From the NCBI GenBank assembly GCA_008632985.1, contig QPGO01000045.1, positions 310,001-374,000 on the forward strand: 64,000 bases of DNA, read 5' to 3'. This document shows positions 37,801 through 51,000 of this stretch, piece after piece. The position numbers were made by a program, and so were the translations under genes. This DNA comes from Psammoneis japonica (Eukaryota). The notes below the pieces were generated by a model. That model was given only the letters and a program-made list of their open reading frames with translations, ran no database searches and was not told the DNA's origin. How positions within the stretch are numbered: position 1 is the first letter of the stretch; the number at the start of each line of letters is the position of its first letter.

Positions 37801-40345
37801 CAAGTCGCTCCAAGCGATTGTGTTGCTTCACACCTTGCTTCATCACCCTTCTTTGAATGTGTCGGGTGTCCCTCTGTTTCGCACGGCGCTTCTCGTTGTC
37901 CCAACCAATGCCGCACGCATCACACAATCCGGTCGGGTTCTTGCTTTGCTGTGTGCGATCTCCGTTCTGACACGTTGTCTTGTTCTTGATCTTGGCGCCA
38001 CCAGTTGATAAACTGGGAGAGCGAATTCCGAAAGTGGGCAGCGTCTCTCCGGCCCGACACCAACACTTTTAATCTGAATGACGTAAACAGTTCTTCTCGG
38101 GGTAAAACGATCAAAGCTTGTAGCGACAGAGGTGGCGTTCTTCTTATGACTGTGCATGCGTCGTTTTGCTTCTCTCAAGAAGATCTCCAGGTTGATTTAA
38201 TTTCTCTATTTGTGAGTAGTTGTTTCAATTACTCTGAAATAGAGAAATTCCCAGGAAGGGGTGAAATTGAATAAATAAATTACGAGGAGTCCATGAGCCT
38301 TTCTCTGATTATAATCGATTTATTCTCTGCAACACAGCACAGAGCCCTGTCGCCTATCGAGCGCGTGATTTTTTGAGTTAGTGCTCAAATAAAAACAACA
38401 AACAATTGCGACTGCAGCGAAGCCGCAGCCGCTGATAGCTTTAGCGACAGACAAAGCCTGAGAATCCGGCTAGTGTCGAGCCCTTGCTGTGGTTGTCGTT
38501 GTCATCTTGCTGTCGCAAGAGAAAGATCCGAAGAGCATCCACGGATTCCTCGGAGCGGAGAGAAATTTCAAATTTCGCACCGCTGTTGGTCGTGCTTGCC
38601 TCATAGTTCCGTTGAGCAATTTTCATCACCATGGCGACATACTACTGCCTTCACATGAACCGGAAAGGGGAATTTACCTTTGACGATGATGTCCCCCCTC
38701 GTCCCTTGTTCAGGAACCAGAGACCAGCGCCGTCTATCGCATCGACGACCTTGGAGGCGATGCCGTCTCTGTTGGTGATAACGGAGACCCTCACGCCGAC
38801 GACGGTGTGCCCATTGCGCAACCGGAAGATCGCCTTCAAGCTTTTATGGACTATGGCGCGAGTAGCAGGGTAGACCTTCAGGAGGCCCGGGCCACACTCA
38901 TCCCAGAACCTGAATTACTAGCTTCCGGCTCCGATCCCAATCGGCTTGACAATGTCCTAGCCAGGGCCCGTGAAGGGGGGATTGTCTTTCGAAAGAAAAC
39001 GAAGGAAATCCAGGCCTTGTTGAAGCTAATCTCATCGGATTCTACTGGCGCTACGAAATCACAAACGTCTTCTAAGAGAGGCCCCAAGCCTGGGAACAAA
39101 GCATTCCTAACAAACCATGGCTTGGAAAGAGTGTTCATTGCACGTAAGCAGCTGCGAGTTCGAAATGATGGCGAGAAGGCCAAGTACGGGGAGCTTGAAG
39201 AGAAGATTGTTTCCTATTGTCAAGGAGACTATGGCCAGGAGTCCAACGGCCTTTCAGGGCCACAAAAGATTCTCTACAAAGCTATGTTTCAGGAAGTGAC
39301 AGGTCGGAACAGGGAAACGGGCATGCGAAAGCTACTTCCAGACCATTTATTGGTCATGGCGCAGTTGGCTTGCCAGCTTGACATGGATGCCAAGGAAGAC
39401 AACCCCGACGCTTACCCAGTGTTTGCTCGGGACTTTGCGCGCTATTTGATCTTTGTAATCTTTGACCTTGGGGAACACAAAATCAGCAAACGGTATAGGA
39501 CCCTTTTGAAGGAAATGAACCTCCCACAACCCGAAGGAAACCCCAAGGACGATACATGGGCGACGCGGAGGTTTGCGATGTGCTCCTTTATTGGCGCCAT
39601 CATTGACAAAGGGCCACTAATGCAACATGTTGTGGATATGGCTGTGGACAAAGCCATAGCTACTAGCCCCGCCAAACCCAACCGCGGTGGTGACTACCCT
39701 CCCGGTGTTCTGCCAAAGAATTTTCATCGGTGGCTAGAGAATTCTTATGCTGCAGATGATTTTGCTGGGCTACAAGGTACTCTTACTCCTATTATGGCTG
39801 AGGTTCACGAATTTACAACGATCCAAGTTCCCAGTGAGCGTCACGGTAGTGTTAGACTCACGCTAAAGCCTTGCGACGAGTTGCGAGTGAAAGATGGCGA
39901 CAAGTACTACACAGCCCGCGAATCAGACAACCAATTCGTCACGGCGCATGAATCGGTGGAAGAGATCAACAACTTAGTGCCTTGTGGTGCCACGAACGGT
40001 CACGACAAGGACGTCCCGCTTCTCGCGGCTGCTTCGAGTGAAACAATCACAAGTGTCGAAGCCGAGGATACGAAAGCTACCGACGACGGCGACTCACAGT
40101 TCCTTCACAGCATCGAGGGACTTTTGGCACGCAGGCGTAACGGTGAGTTTGACGATCCCACACTGATGTGTCAGCTGCAGATGCTGTTGGAAGATGGTTG
40201 CACACCCAGCCACAAAGAGAACCGCGGCTTTGGTTCCGCCATCGATGGGCTCACAGTAACACCGAGAGGGTTCGAGCATTCTATTCTATATGCTGAAAAG
40301 CGAGCTGACTGCCCTAAGCAGGTGTCCAAGTATTTGCGAGATCAC
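34696..40345 (+). repeat. Large tandem unit 3 (5650 bp)
   Basis: Near-identical repeat carrying a 4-copy internal array. Confidence 0.95.
36049..38372 (+). repeat. 581-bp tandem array, 4 copies
   Basis: Monomers start at 36049, 36630, 37211 and 37792. Confidence 0.95.
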
Positions 40346-40483
40346 GTGGTGTTTCCAAGTCGAGTAAAAAAAAGCAGTGCCGACGAAGATGTCGGTGGTG
40401 CATCATCTCAAATGTTTGGTATTCTACTCTTGTTTATCAGTCTCGACTATCCGTCGGATCGGTGTTGTCGATGTTATGGCTAA
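38631..40483 (+). pseudogene. Truncated chimeric kinase 5' copy (unit 3)
   Basis: ORF 38807-40483 is open for 558 aa. A 1-bp deletion near 38717 separates it from the ATG at 38631. Confidence 0.75.
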
Positions 40484-43400
40484 CATGGTCGTATCTCTGT
40501 CGTCGACAAAGCCGGCAAGCTCCTGTTGAAGTAGTGGCGTTGCTGAAGGGCATGATTGAAGATGGGGAGCTGGCACTACCGCATGGGCTCACCTGTGGTA
40601 CGAAGCATCTACTTGATGCCGGATGGGCAGAAGCGGATTTTGAAGAAATGGCGGTTGCTTGTGCAATCTTTTTTGATGGTCTAGTGCAGCTTTTTTCATT
40701 TTCTTTGCAGTCTTTGGATCCTGTTGCTTTTTGGCTCGGCTAGGGTTTTGTGATGGTGCAAGATGAAATCTTGAATCAGAATTCGGCAGATTCGTTCAGT
40801 GGGGCGTATTGACGTGCTGCTTTTTCAAATCAGGCAACGTAAAACTATCTGTTTGATTGTGGTGCTACCTTGCTGGCAGTCACTTTCTTTTTGCTGGCCG
40901 CCACCACTTCTACTGGAAGCAGAATATTCCGAATCATGTGACAGTCGCGTCAAGAGCATTCGGCGAGCGTTGCGTTGCGTTGCGAAGACCAAATGCTAAA
41001 AGAATCTAAGATTGGAGCCCGAAAACGAAAAGACACTGCTGACGCCGCCGGGGAGCAAAGAGCGCAACGACATAGCGTCTCGGGAGGAGTCCGACGTGAC
41101 CAATTGTTGCTACATCGACAAGTTCGTAAGGCTGGAGAGTCAATCACAACGGTTGCGTATCCAAGACTAGCAGTTGGGGAAAGCATGTGGCAGTTGCAAG
41201 TTCTGAAAGTCCTGCTCGACAAATTGCGTCTAATAGTGATAGTAGCAAGTCTCCAGCACGCGAAAAGAAGCGCATCAAGCCAGAGGTTGTCTCATCCGGT
41301 AGAAAGGACACCACAATGACTGCATCTGCGATGTTGGCTGAAACTGAACACGGAATTTTCGACGGCGAGTCTGATTTTGTCCTGACTCCACCCAATGGGA
41401 AGCGAATCGTTTCTGTTCACCCGGACTTAGCCAATCAAATGAAGGAGGTAACAACTTCGCATCGTATGCTGCACTGCTATCCTGACATTCTATTTTGCCT
41501 CACTCGAAAAGTGTTATAAATGTATCTCCCTCATTTCAGCATCAGAAAGATGTGATCAAATCCATGTGGGACAACGTTTACTGTGACTTTTCTACGATGT
41601 CCGACGATGAAGCCTATGTGGCAAAGGTAGACGGCAATGAAACTTTGGTTTATTCCAACCAATCGCTTGGCGGATGTATCCTTGCCAAGTGTGGGACTTG
41701 GCAAGTCGCTCCAAGCGATTGTGTTGCTTCATACCTTACTTCATCACCCTTCTTTGAATGTGTCGGGTATCCCTCTGTTTCGTACGGCGCTTCTCGTTGT
41801 CCCAACCAATACCGTACGTATCATACAATCCGGTCGGGTTCTTGCTTTGCTGTGTACGATCTCCGTTCTGACACGTTGTCTTATTCTTGATCTTGGCGCC
41901 ACTAGTTGATAAACTGGGAGAGCGAATTCCGAAAGTGGGTAGCGTCTCTCCGGCCCGACACCAACACTTTTAATCTGAATGACGTAAACAGTTCTTCTCG
42001 GGGTAAAACGATCAAAGCTTGTAGCGACAGAGGTGGCGTTCTTCTTATGACTGTGCATGCGTCGTTTTGCTTCTCTCAAGAAGATCTCCAGGTTGATTTA
42101 ATTTCTCTATTTGTGAGTAGTTGTTTCAATTACTCTGAAATAGAGAAATTCCCAGGAAGGGGTGAAATTGAATAAATAAATTACGAGGAGTCCATGAGCC
42201 TTTCTCTGATTATAATCGATTTATTCTCTGCAACACAGCACAGAGCCCTGTCGCCTATCGAGCGCGTGATTTTGGGACTTGGCAAGTCGCTCCAAGCGAT
42301 TGTGTTGCTTCATACCTTACTTCATCACCCTTCTTTGAATGTGTCGGGTATCCCTCTGTTTCGCACGGCGCTTCTCGTTGTCCCAACCAATGCCGCACGC
42401 ATCACACAATCTGGTCGGGTTCTTGCTTTGCTGTGTGCGATCTCCGTTCTGACACGTTGTCTTATTCTTGATCTTGGCGCCACCAGTTGATAAACTGGGA
42501 GAGCGAATTCCGAAAGTGGGCAGCGTCTCTCCGGCCCGACACCAACACTTTTAATCTGAATGACGCAAACAGTTCTTCTCGGGGTAAAACGATCAAAGCT
42601 TGTAGCGACAGAGGTGGCGTTCTTCTTATGACTGTGCATGCGTCGTTTTGCTTCTCTCAAGAAGATCTCCAGGTTGATTTAATTTCTCTGTTTGTGAGCA
42701 GTTGTTTCAATTACCCTGAAACAGAGAAATCCCCAGGAAGGGGTGAAATTGAACAAATAAATTGCGAGGAGTCCATGAGCCTTTCTCTGATTACAATCGA
42801 TTTGTTCTCTGCAACACAGCACAGAGCCCTGTCGCCCATCGAGCGCATGATTTTGGGACTTGGCAAGTCGCTCCAAGCGATTGTGTTGCTTCATGCCTTG
42901 CTTCATCACCCTTCTTTGAATGTGTCGGGTGTCCCTCTGTTTCGTGCGGCGCTTCTCGTTGTCCCAACCAATGCCGCACGCATCGTGCAATCCGGTCGGG
43001 TTCTTGCTTTGCTGTGTGCGATCTCCGTTCTGACACGTTGTCTTGTTCTTGATCTTGGCGCCACCAGTTGACAAACTGGGAGAGCGAATTCCGAAAGTGG
43101 GTGGCGTCTCTCCGGCCCGACACCAACACTTTTAATCTGAATGACGCAAACAGTTCTTCTCGGGGTAAAACGATCAAAGCTTGTAGCGACAGAGGTGGCG
43201 TTCTTCTTATGACTGTGCATGCGTCGTTTTGCTTCTCTCAAGAAGATCTCCAGGTTGATTTAATTTCTCTGTTTGTGAGCAGTTGTTTCAATTACTCTGA
43301 AACAGAGAAATTCCCAGGAAGGGGTGAAATTGAACAAATAAATTACGAGGAGTCCATGAGCCTTTCTCTGATTATAATCGATTTGTTCTCTGCAACACAG

Positions 43401-45989
43401 CACAGAGCCCTGTCGCCTGTCGAGCGCGTGATTTTGGGACTTGGCAAGTCGCTCCAAGCGATTGTGTTGCTTCACACCTTGCTTCATCACCCTTCTTTGA
43501 ATGTGTCGGGTGTCCCTCTGTTTCGCACGGCGCTTCTCGTTGTCCCAACCAATGCCGCACGTATCACACAATCCGGTCGGGTTCTTGCTTTGCTGTGTGC
43601 GATCTCCGTTCTGACACGTTGTCTTGTTCTTGATCTTGGCGCCACCAGTTGACAAACTGGGAGAGCGAATTCCGAAAGTGGGCAGCGTCTCTCCGGCCCG
43701 ACACCAACACTTTTAATCTGAATGACGTAAACAGTTCTTCTCGGGGTAAAACGATCAAAGCTTGTAGCGACAGAGGTGGCGTTCTTCTTATGACTGTGCA
43801 TGCGTCGTTTTGCTTCTCTCAAGAAGATCTCCAGGTTGATTTAATTTCTCTATTTGTGAGTAGTTGTTTCAATTACTCTGAAATAGAGAAATTCCCAGGA
43901 AGGGGTGAAATTGAATAAATAAATTACGAGGAGTCCATGAGCCTTTCTCTGATTATAATCGATTTATTCTCTGCAACACAGCACAGAGCCCTGTCGCCTA
44001 TCGAGCGCGTGATTTTTTGAGTTAGTGCTCAAATAAAAACAACAAACAATTGCGACTGCAGCGAAGCCGCAGCCGCTGATAGCTTTAGCGACAGACAAAG
44101 CCTGAGAATCCGGCTAGTGTCGAGCCCTTGCTGTGGTTGTCGTTGTCATCTTGCTGTCGCAAGAGAAAGATCCGAAGAGCATCCACGGATTCCTCGGAGC
44201 GGAGAGAAATTTCAAATTTCGCACCGCTGTTGGTCGTGCTTGCCTCATAGTTCCGTTGAGCAATTTTCATCACCATGGCGACATACTACTGCCTTCACAT
44301 GAACCGGAAAGGGGAATTTACCTTTGACGATGATGTCCCCCCTCGTCCCTTGTTCAGGAACCCAGAGACCAGCGCCGTCTATCGCATCGACGACCTTGGA
44401 GGCGATGCCGTCTCTGTTGGTGATAACGGAGACCCTCACGCCGACGACGGTGTGCCCATTGCGCAACCGGAAGATCGCCTTCAAGCTTTTATGGACTATG
44501 GCGCGAGTAGCAGGGTAGACCTTCAGGAGGCCCGGGCCACACTCATCCCAGAACCTGAATTACTAGCTTCCGGCTCCGATCCCAATCGGCTTGACAATGT
44601 CCTAGCCAGGGCCCGTGAAGGGGGGATTGTCTTTCGAAAGAAAACGAAGGAAATCCAGGCCTTGTTGAAGCTAATCTCATCGGATTCTACTGGCGCTACG
44701 AAATCACAAACGTCTTCTAAGAGAGGCCCCAAGCCTGGGAACAAAGCATTCCTAACAAACCATGGCTTGGAAAGAGTGTTCATTGCACGTAAGCAGCTGC
44801 GAGTTCGAAATGATGGCGAGAAGGCCAAGTACGGGGAGCTTGAAGAGAAGATTGTTTCCTATTGTCAAGGAGACTATGGCCAGGAGTCCAACGGCCTTTC
44901 AGGGCCACAAAAGATTCTCTACAAAGCTATGTTTCAGGAAGTGACAGGTCGGAACAGGGAAACGGGCATGCGAAAGCTACTTCCAGACCATTTATTGGTC
45001 ATGGCGCAGTTGGCTTGCCAGCTTGACATGGATGCCAAGGAAGACAACCCCGACGCTTACCCAGTGTTTGCTCGGGACTTTGCGCGCTATTTGATCTTTG
45101 TAATCTTTGACCTTGGGGAACACAAAATCAGCAAACGGTATAGGACCCTTTTGAAGGAAATGAACCTCCCACAACCCGAAGGAAACCCCAAGGACGATAC
45201 ATGGGCGACGAGGAGGTTTGCGATGTGCTCCTTTATTGGCGCCATCATTGACAAAGGGCCACTAATGCAACATGTTGTGGATATGGCTGTGGACAAAGCC
45301 ATAGCTACTAGCCCCGCCAAACCCAACCGCGGTGGTGACTACCCTCCCGGTGTTCTGCCAAAGAATTTTCATCGGTGGCTAGAGAATTCTTATGCTGCAG
45401 ATGATTTTGCTGGGCTACAAGGTACTCTTACTCCTATTATGGCTGAGGTTCACGAATTTACAACGATCCAAGTTCCCAGTGAGCGTCACGGTAGTGTTAG
45501 ACTCACGCTAAAGCCTTGCGACGAGTTGCGAGTGAAAGATGGCGACAAGTACTACACAGCCCGCGAATCAGACAACCAATTCGTCACGGCGCATGAATCG
45601 GTGGAAGAGATCAACAACTTAGTGCTGTGGTGCACGAACGGTCACGACAAGGACGTCCCGCTTCTCGCGGCTGCTTCGAGTGAAACAATACAAGTGTCGA
45701 AGCCGAGGATACGAAAGCTACCGACGACGGCGACTCACAGTTCCTTCACAGCATCGAGGGACTTTTGGCACGCCGGCGTAACGGTGAGTTTGACGATCCC
45801 ACACTGATGTGTCAGCTGCAGATGCTGTTGGAAGATGGTTGCACACCCAGCCACAAAGAGAACCGCGGCTTTGGTTCCGCCATCGATGGGCTCACAGTAA
45901 CACCGAGAGGGTTCGAGCATTCTATTCTATATGCTGAAAAGCGAGCTGACTGCCCTAAGCAGGTGTCCAAGTATTTGCGAGATCACGTG
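40346..45989 (+). repeat. Large tandem unit 4 (about 5640 bp), running into the unique 3' part of the kinase
   Basis: Ends GATCACGTG|ATTCCTCTG instead of GATCACGTG|GTGTTTCC. Confidence 0.95.
41693..44016 (+). repeat. 581-bp tandem array, 4 copies
   Basis: Monomers start at 41693, 42274, 42855 and 43436. Confidence 0.95.
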
Positions 45990-47155
45990 ATTCCTCTGTT
46001 TAGGGAAGCGGCTGCTCAACCTTCCAACAAAGTCGAACAAGTCCTCGCTGGTCACAAGTTCAACGAACATGATTTCGATATTTTGAAACAGATAGGCATA
46101 GGCTGCGGAAGCTTTGGAAATGTGTTTTTGGTAAGTGCTGCAACTTGTAGATGTTTTTCTGTATCTTCTTCTTGTTCTTTTGTCATTTCTAACCTTTTGT
46201 GTTGTCTACGTAATGTTTCCTAAGGTCCGCTTGAAGATGAATCATTCCATCCGTGCCGTATTGAAAGTCGTCTGTGTCAATGGCCATGATCTTCTGGTTT
46301 ACGGTAAGCGTGAACTAATCGATGGGACAAAGGTCAAAAGCCCTCATGTGATACGCTGTCTTGCCTTCTTCCCTATGGCGTCTGTGTCGTGGTCACAGAG
46401 CAAGCCCCTCACCCTGGGGATCGTCCTGGAGGAATGCATTTGCGATTTGGGGATGGTTGTTGAAGACATCAATAGTTCAAAGCCGATCGAGCAACTCTGG
46501 ATCTTCAGGCTCTACAAGGCGCTCGGAGAGATAGACGAGAAGAAACTGAAAAATCTTTATCTCGAAGAACCGATCACGCCAGAGTTACAGCTCTTGATCA
46601 GCTGTTTTATCATCAAGGACATCCTGACCGGTGTTCGAGACTTGCATCGCAATAAAATTACTCACCGTGACATCAAACCTGGGAACATTTGCCTTGGAAA
46701 AGATTCTCTTTGGAAGCTCATTGACATGGGGCTCGCTAGGGAATTTGATGCAGGTGGCAGTCTTACTCAAGGTGCCGGAACAGGACCTTATGTGCCGCCA
46801 GGTATGCACTATTTTGTCTCTTCTTATGGTAAAAAATCTCGTATGGGCTCGTGGGCTAACTATTTTTTTTCTTGCATTTTCAGGAGGTTTCGGTGAAAAG
46901 CATGATGAATTCAGTACGGCCGTTGTCTTTCATCAGTTACTTTTGAAGGACATTCCAAAATGTAACGAGGAAAACCGCACCGTGGGGAAGCTTTGCCGCT
47001 ACCAAGTGTTTGATGAGGGCATCAAAGCGATCAATCTTTTCAATCGTTTGTCTCAGCCGATTGACCACATTCGTCTCGCTGCTGGCGATGCCTTGCCCCA
47101 AGTCGAGAAGATCATTGATTCTTTGAAGGGCAAGCTGATGGGGGTGTCAGAGTAG
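44275..47155 (+). CDS. Ser/Thr protein kinase with long N-terminal region; exons about 44275-46130, 46225-46801 and 46884-47155
   Basis: Gly loop IGCGSFGNVFL, AVLK, HRDIKPGN, DMG and GTGPYVPP. GT-AG introns at 46131-46224 and 46802-46883. Small deletions at about 45625-45690 relative to units 1-3 shift the frame and may be consensus errors. Confidence 0.85.
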
Positions 47156-47269
47156 AACTAGCGATAAGCGTAAAGGACCTCCGTAAAACTAGTGACAGTG
47201 AAAACACTTGTGCTACAGTCGTACAGTGATAAGCAGATCTGCCATCGCTGTCGCGCCATCGTCTAAGAT

Positions 47270-48040
47270 GTGGTCTGCCTGTTTTCCGCACACTGTCTGC
47301 ATTGTGAGGATCCATGGATGGCGAGCATCACGCCGACACTCGCCCCTGATCTGCAACGTTCATCTCAAGACAATGCAGGTCACAGAAAAGAAATGCAACA
47401 GCATGCCATGAAACACAACCTTTGCAAGGCAGCACCCTGGACAAATGGCTGGACCCACCAGGCAGGGAAATCACCACACAGCAGCAGCAGGAGGAGGGTG
47501 GGTGAGGAAGCAGCCGAGCCCCCCCCAGCGGCACAGCAGGGCATGTGCAATGATCCATTGAGTCTTCAACAGAACAATGTCAATGACAGTTTCCATCAAA
47601 TCCAAATCTTGCTCATCAATCAAGTCTTGAACCAAAGAGTGACTCCACCAATCAACAAATGGCCAAACACCAAACAAGTCAGAGCAGCAGAGCTCTGCTG
47701 CTGGCAAGCCACCATGCTGCTGAATCTGTCAAACAGGGAGGACAGTCACCATGGCAGCAAAATGGAGCAGCAGCATCCTGCTGGAGCAAACAATGCCTCC
47801 ATGACCATGCTGCTCTGTGCCCTGGAAAAGAGCCTGCTGGACAAAGAGAACATTTGGCAGGTGCGAGCATCAAATGACACACAAATCTTGGTCACTCTGT
47901 GCACAAAGCATTGTTGGAAGATCCTGCATGCATGCCAATCTTGTGTGCTTGGTGGTGGTGCTGTTGTTGTTGTTGTTGGTGGTGGCGGCGGCGGCGGTGG
48001 TGGCGTTGTTGTTGTTGGCACTGTTGTTGCTGTGCTGCTG

Positions 48041-48072
<32 letters not shown>

Positions 48073-51000
48073 GGTGGTGGTGGTGGTGATGTTGTTGTTG
48101 GAGGCAATGGTGGTGGTGATGGTGATGGTGGCAACATTGGTGTGTTGTCATTTTTGTTCTTGGTGGTGGCAGTGATGTTGTTGTTGTTGTTGGCGGTGGT
48201 GGCTGCAGACTTCTGCATTTTGTGGTTGTTTGTTGTCTCGCAAAATGTTCCTGGAAATTGTGAAATGCAAAAATGTCCATTTGACCATGCAGTTTGATGG
48301 ACAGATTTGACAAAATGGGCAGGCAGACACACATTGCCACAGCACATGATCAGCCACAGCATGCAGCAAGTGCTTGAGCAAGAGCAAGCAACTTTTTCCA
48401 AGCTCTTGCTTCTGATGGTGTGTGGACCTGTCCAAGTTGATTGGCATCAGAACAAAAGCACAGAAATGGCACCAACACATGGAGAGCCTGGGGGTGCGGC
48501 TGTGTGCCCAGCCACATGGTGTGTGCAGTGCACCTTTGGCACTTGGCAGAAAGCATCCCATTTGCATCATTGGCAAGAAGCACTGGCTTGTTTGTGGCCC
48601 CACCCTGGATGCTGCACAACTCTGTGCAATGTCTCTGTTTTTTTTGTGTCCATTTTGGTGCACACAGTTGTTGACAACATTGCTGGCACTGCCTGAAACC
48701 AGTGCTGGCACTGTTGGCAAAATGCAAAATGCCACAAGGAGGGAAACACAAGCAACCGTTCCAGCTCTCTCTTGCATTTGAGCACCTTGGCAGCAATGCT
48801 CCAGGCATGGATGAGCTGTCAACAAGGGCTTCTTGGGCACTGCAGTTGGCATGTCCTGGGCTGATCTGAGGCAAAAGCAGCCAGCTGCAATGAGTTGTTG
48901 TTGTTGCACTTGCACTGGAGCCTGCCATGGAGAGTGTCATTTCACTTGTGCCTGCTGCATGCAACCCATGACTCACTTCACACATTTGCAGCATGAAGCC
49001 ATGCACTGGCACTCTGCTGCTGCTGTCAACATTGAACATGGACAACAAGAGCCACCAGACACCAGACAAGACTTTTCTCTCTGCTGTCAACTGCCACAGA
49101 TGCAAGAGAGATGAGAAGTGCACAAGCTGCTTTCCTTGAAAGAAGCAACACTCAAATTCATCTTCTCACTGGCAGAAATGAACACCCACGTTAAATCATC
49201 CTTGTCCTCCACAGCTGAACAGTGAAGAAAGCTTTGCAGGTTTTCACAGAGGAAGCTTTGAGTGTTGTGCTCAATGGCTGTTGTTACCTCAATTGCCGCA
49301 GTGTGCAGTCAATGCAAAGCCCATCAAAGCACAGCTCACCTGAGAGCCAGAATCACCTGGTTAAAAATCAACAGTTTCTGCTGGCTGCCTCCCTTGCAGT
49401 CTGACCACAAATCTTCAGACTCTCCTCACACTGGCTTGACAAATTGCCAAGCTCCATGAGGAGTTCAGAGCATTGAAAAAGTTTGGAGATGCCACAACTT
49501 GTCTGATGCAAACAAGCACACAGTTGAGTGAAGTGAGCACCCCCAAAAACGCCTTCCTGAATGTGTGGGAAAAATCAAATGTGGCCAAATTTGTGTTGTC
49601 AAAAGTGCAGAGCTGCTTGAGTTTGTTGTTAGCTCACAACCATTCTCTGCTTCTGCCATGCCCATCACATTTTCAACATGCTCTGCTCACAAATCTGATC
49701 AACAAAAGCATCTCCATTCCATTCCTTGGTGGGCTCATCTTTGCATTCAGTTTCTGTCAGTTCCAGCAGAGCATTTTGCACAGCTTGCTGATGCCATGCT
49801 GTGATTTTTGTTTTAGACAGCATCTTGCCTGCACATCCAAAGCATGGCTCCTCTCATGGGTTGACATGCAGCACTTTTCTGGGAATGACATCACATGCTT
49901 TCAGGTGGTGACTTCATCCTCCATCTGAGTGCTGAAGTCCTCCTGATGCACTCCCAAGATGCCTGGTTGCTCCTGCTGTCCAGCCTCTGCCCACCCTCCC
50001 TCCCAATGCACATGCCCTGCATGAGTGCTTTGCACTGCAGGGAGCTGGATGGCCCTCCCAACACAGCATGGTTTTGGAATGACACTTGACTGCATCCACC
50101 GGCAAAGACATCCCAGCCAGAACATCGCTGGAATTTCTGGTGTTTTTGGCACAACTGGAGAGATGCAGGAGGAGAAGGAACAAGATGGGCAGTAGCAGCT
50201 GTCCACTTTGTGGAATTGATGAGTCAAAATGACCACCCTCCTCCAACTGCTGGGGCCATTTCCACCAACAACAAACAATTTGAATGTGCTTGCACAAGCA
50301 CAAGGAAGAGCAACGGCTGCTGCTCTGGCTTTGTCACTCTCATTCTCTTGAAGAGCAAACCAAGAGCAGCACCTGCAGTGGACAGTTTTCAATGCTCCCC
50401 ACCTCTCCCTCACTCTCTGGCCCTGCTGCTCCAGCTTGGGTTTTGGGAGCAAGGCTTGTCTGCACCGCCAGCAAAGCTGTCAGGAGATTCAAAGCCAAAG
50501 GCAGAGAAGGTGGCACACCGCTTGAGTTGCTCCATGTGTGCAGGCTGGGGAATCTGCTTCTTGGAGCTGGGCACACCAGCTTGTTGGTTGTTTGGAGCAC
50601 AGGAGCTTTGTCAATGGCAGGGCTTTCAGAAGAGAAGATGAAGCAGAGCCAGCATTGCAGCGAGCCACAGGGAAAGCTTGTTTGAAAAGTTGGAGGGTGC
50701 TCACCAAGAGAGTTGCTGGGCTCATCAAGCTTTCTGTCAACATTCAACATTTGCAAAGATCATGGATCAGTGATGCAGAGTGGGGATGCTTCTTTGATGC
50801 AGTGTGCAGAATCAGAAGAGCAGGGAAGGAGGACATTAAAGCATGGCATCAGCAAGCCGTGGAATGAGTCATGGGTGGAAGGACCATGCACCAGGACATG
50901 GCAGGCCACCACTCAGATTGCTGCAACATGAAAATGACTTCACTCAACACCAACAATGGCCTTGTCTTTGAGATTGCCGGCATTGAAGTGTGGACCATGA

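Noticed and set aside
29818..44016. CRISPR-like or diversity-generating retroelement (A-to-N) interpretation of the variable repeats
   Set aside because: The monomers are 581-bp gene fragments without spacers. No reverse transcriptase or cas gene is visible. Changes are A->G on both strands at TpA rather than strand-specific A->N.
27625..45695. Single-base indels between large units as programmed frameshifts
   Set aside because: Most are in homopolymers and private to one unit, typical of long-read consensus error.
47746..48401. Poly-H/Q/P/C/W ORFs
   Set aside because: They are translations of a trinucleotide microsatellite.
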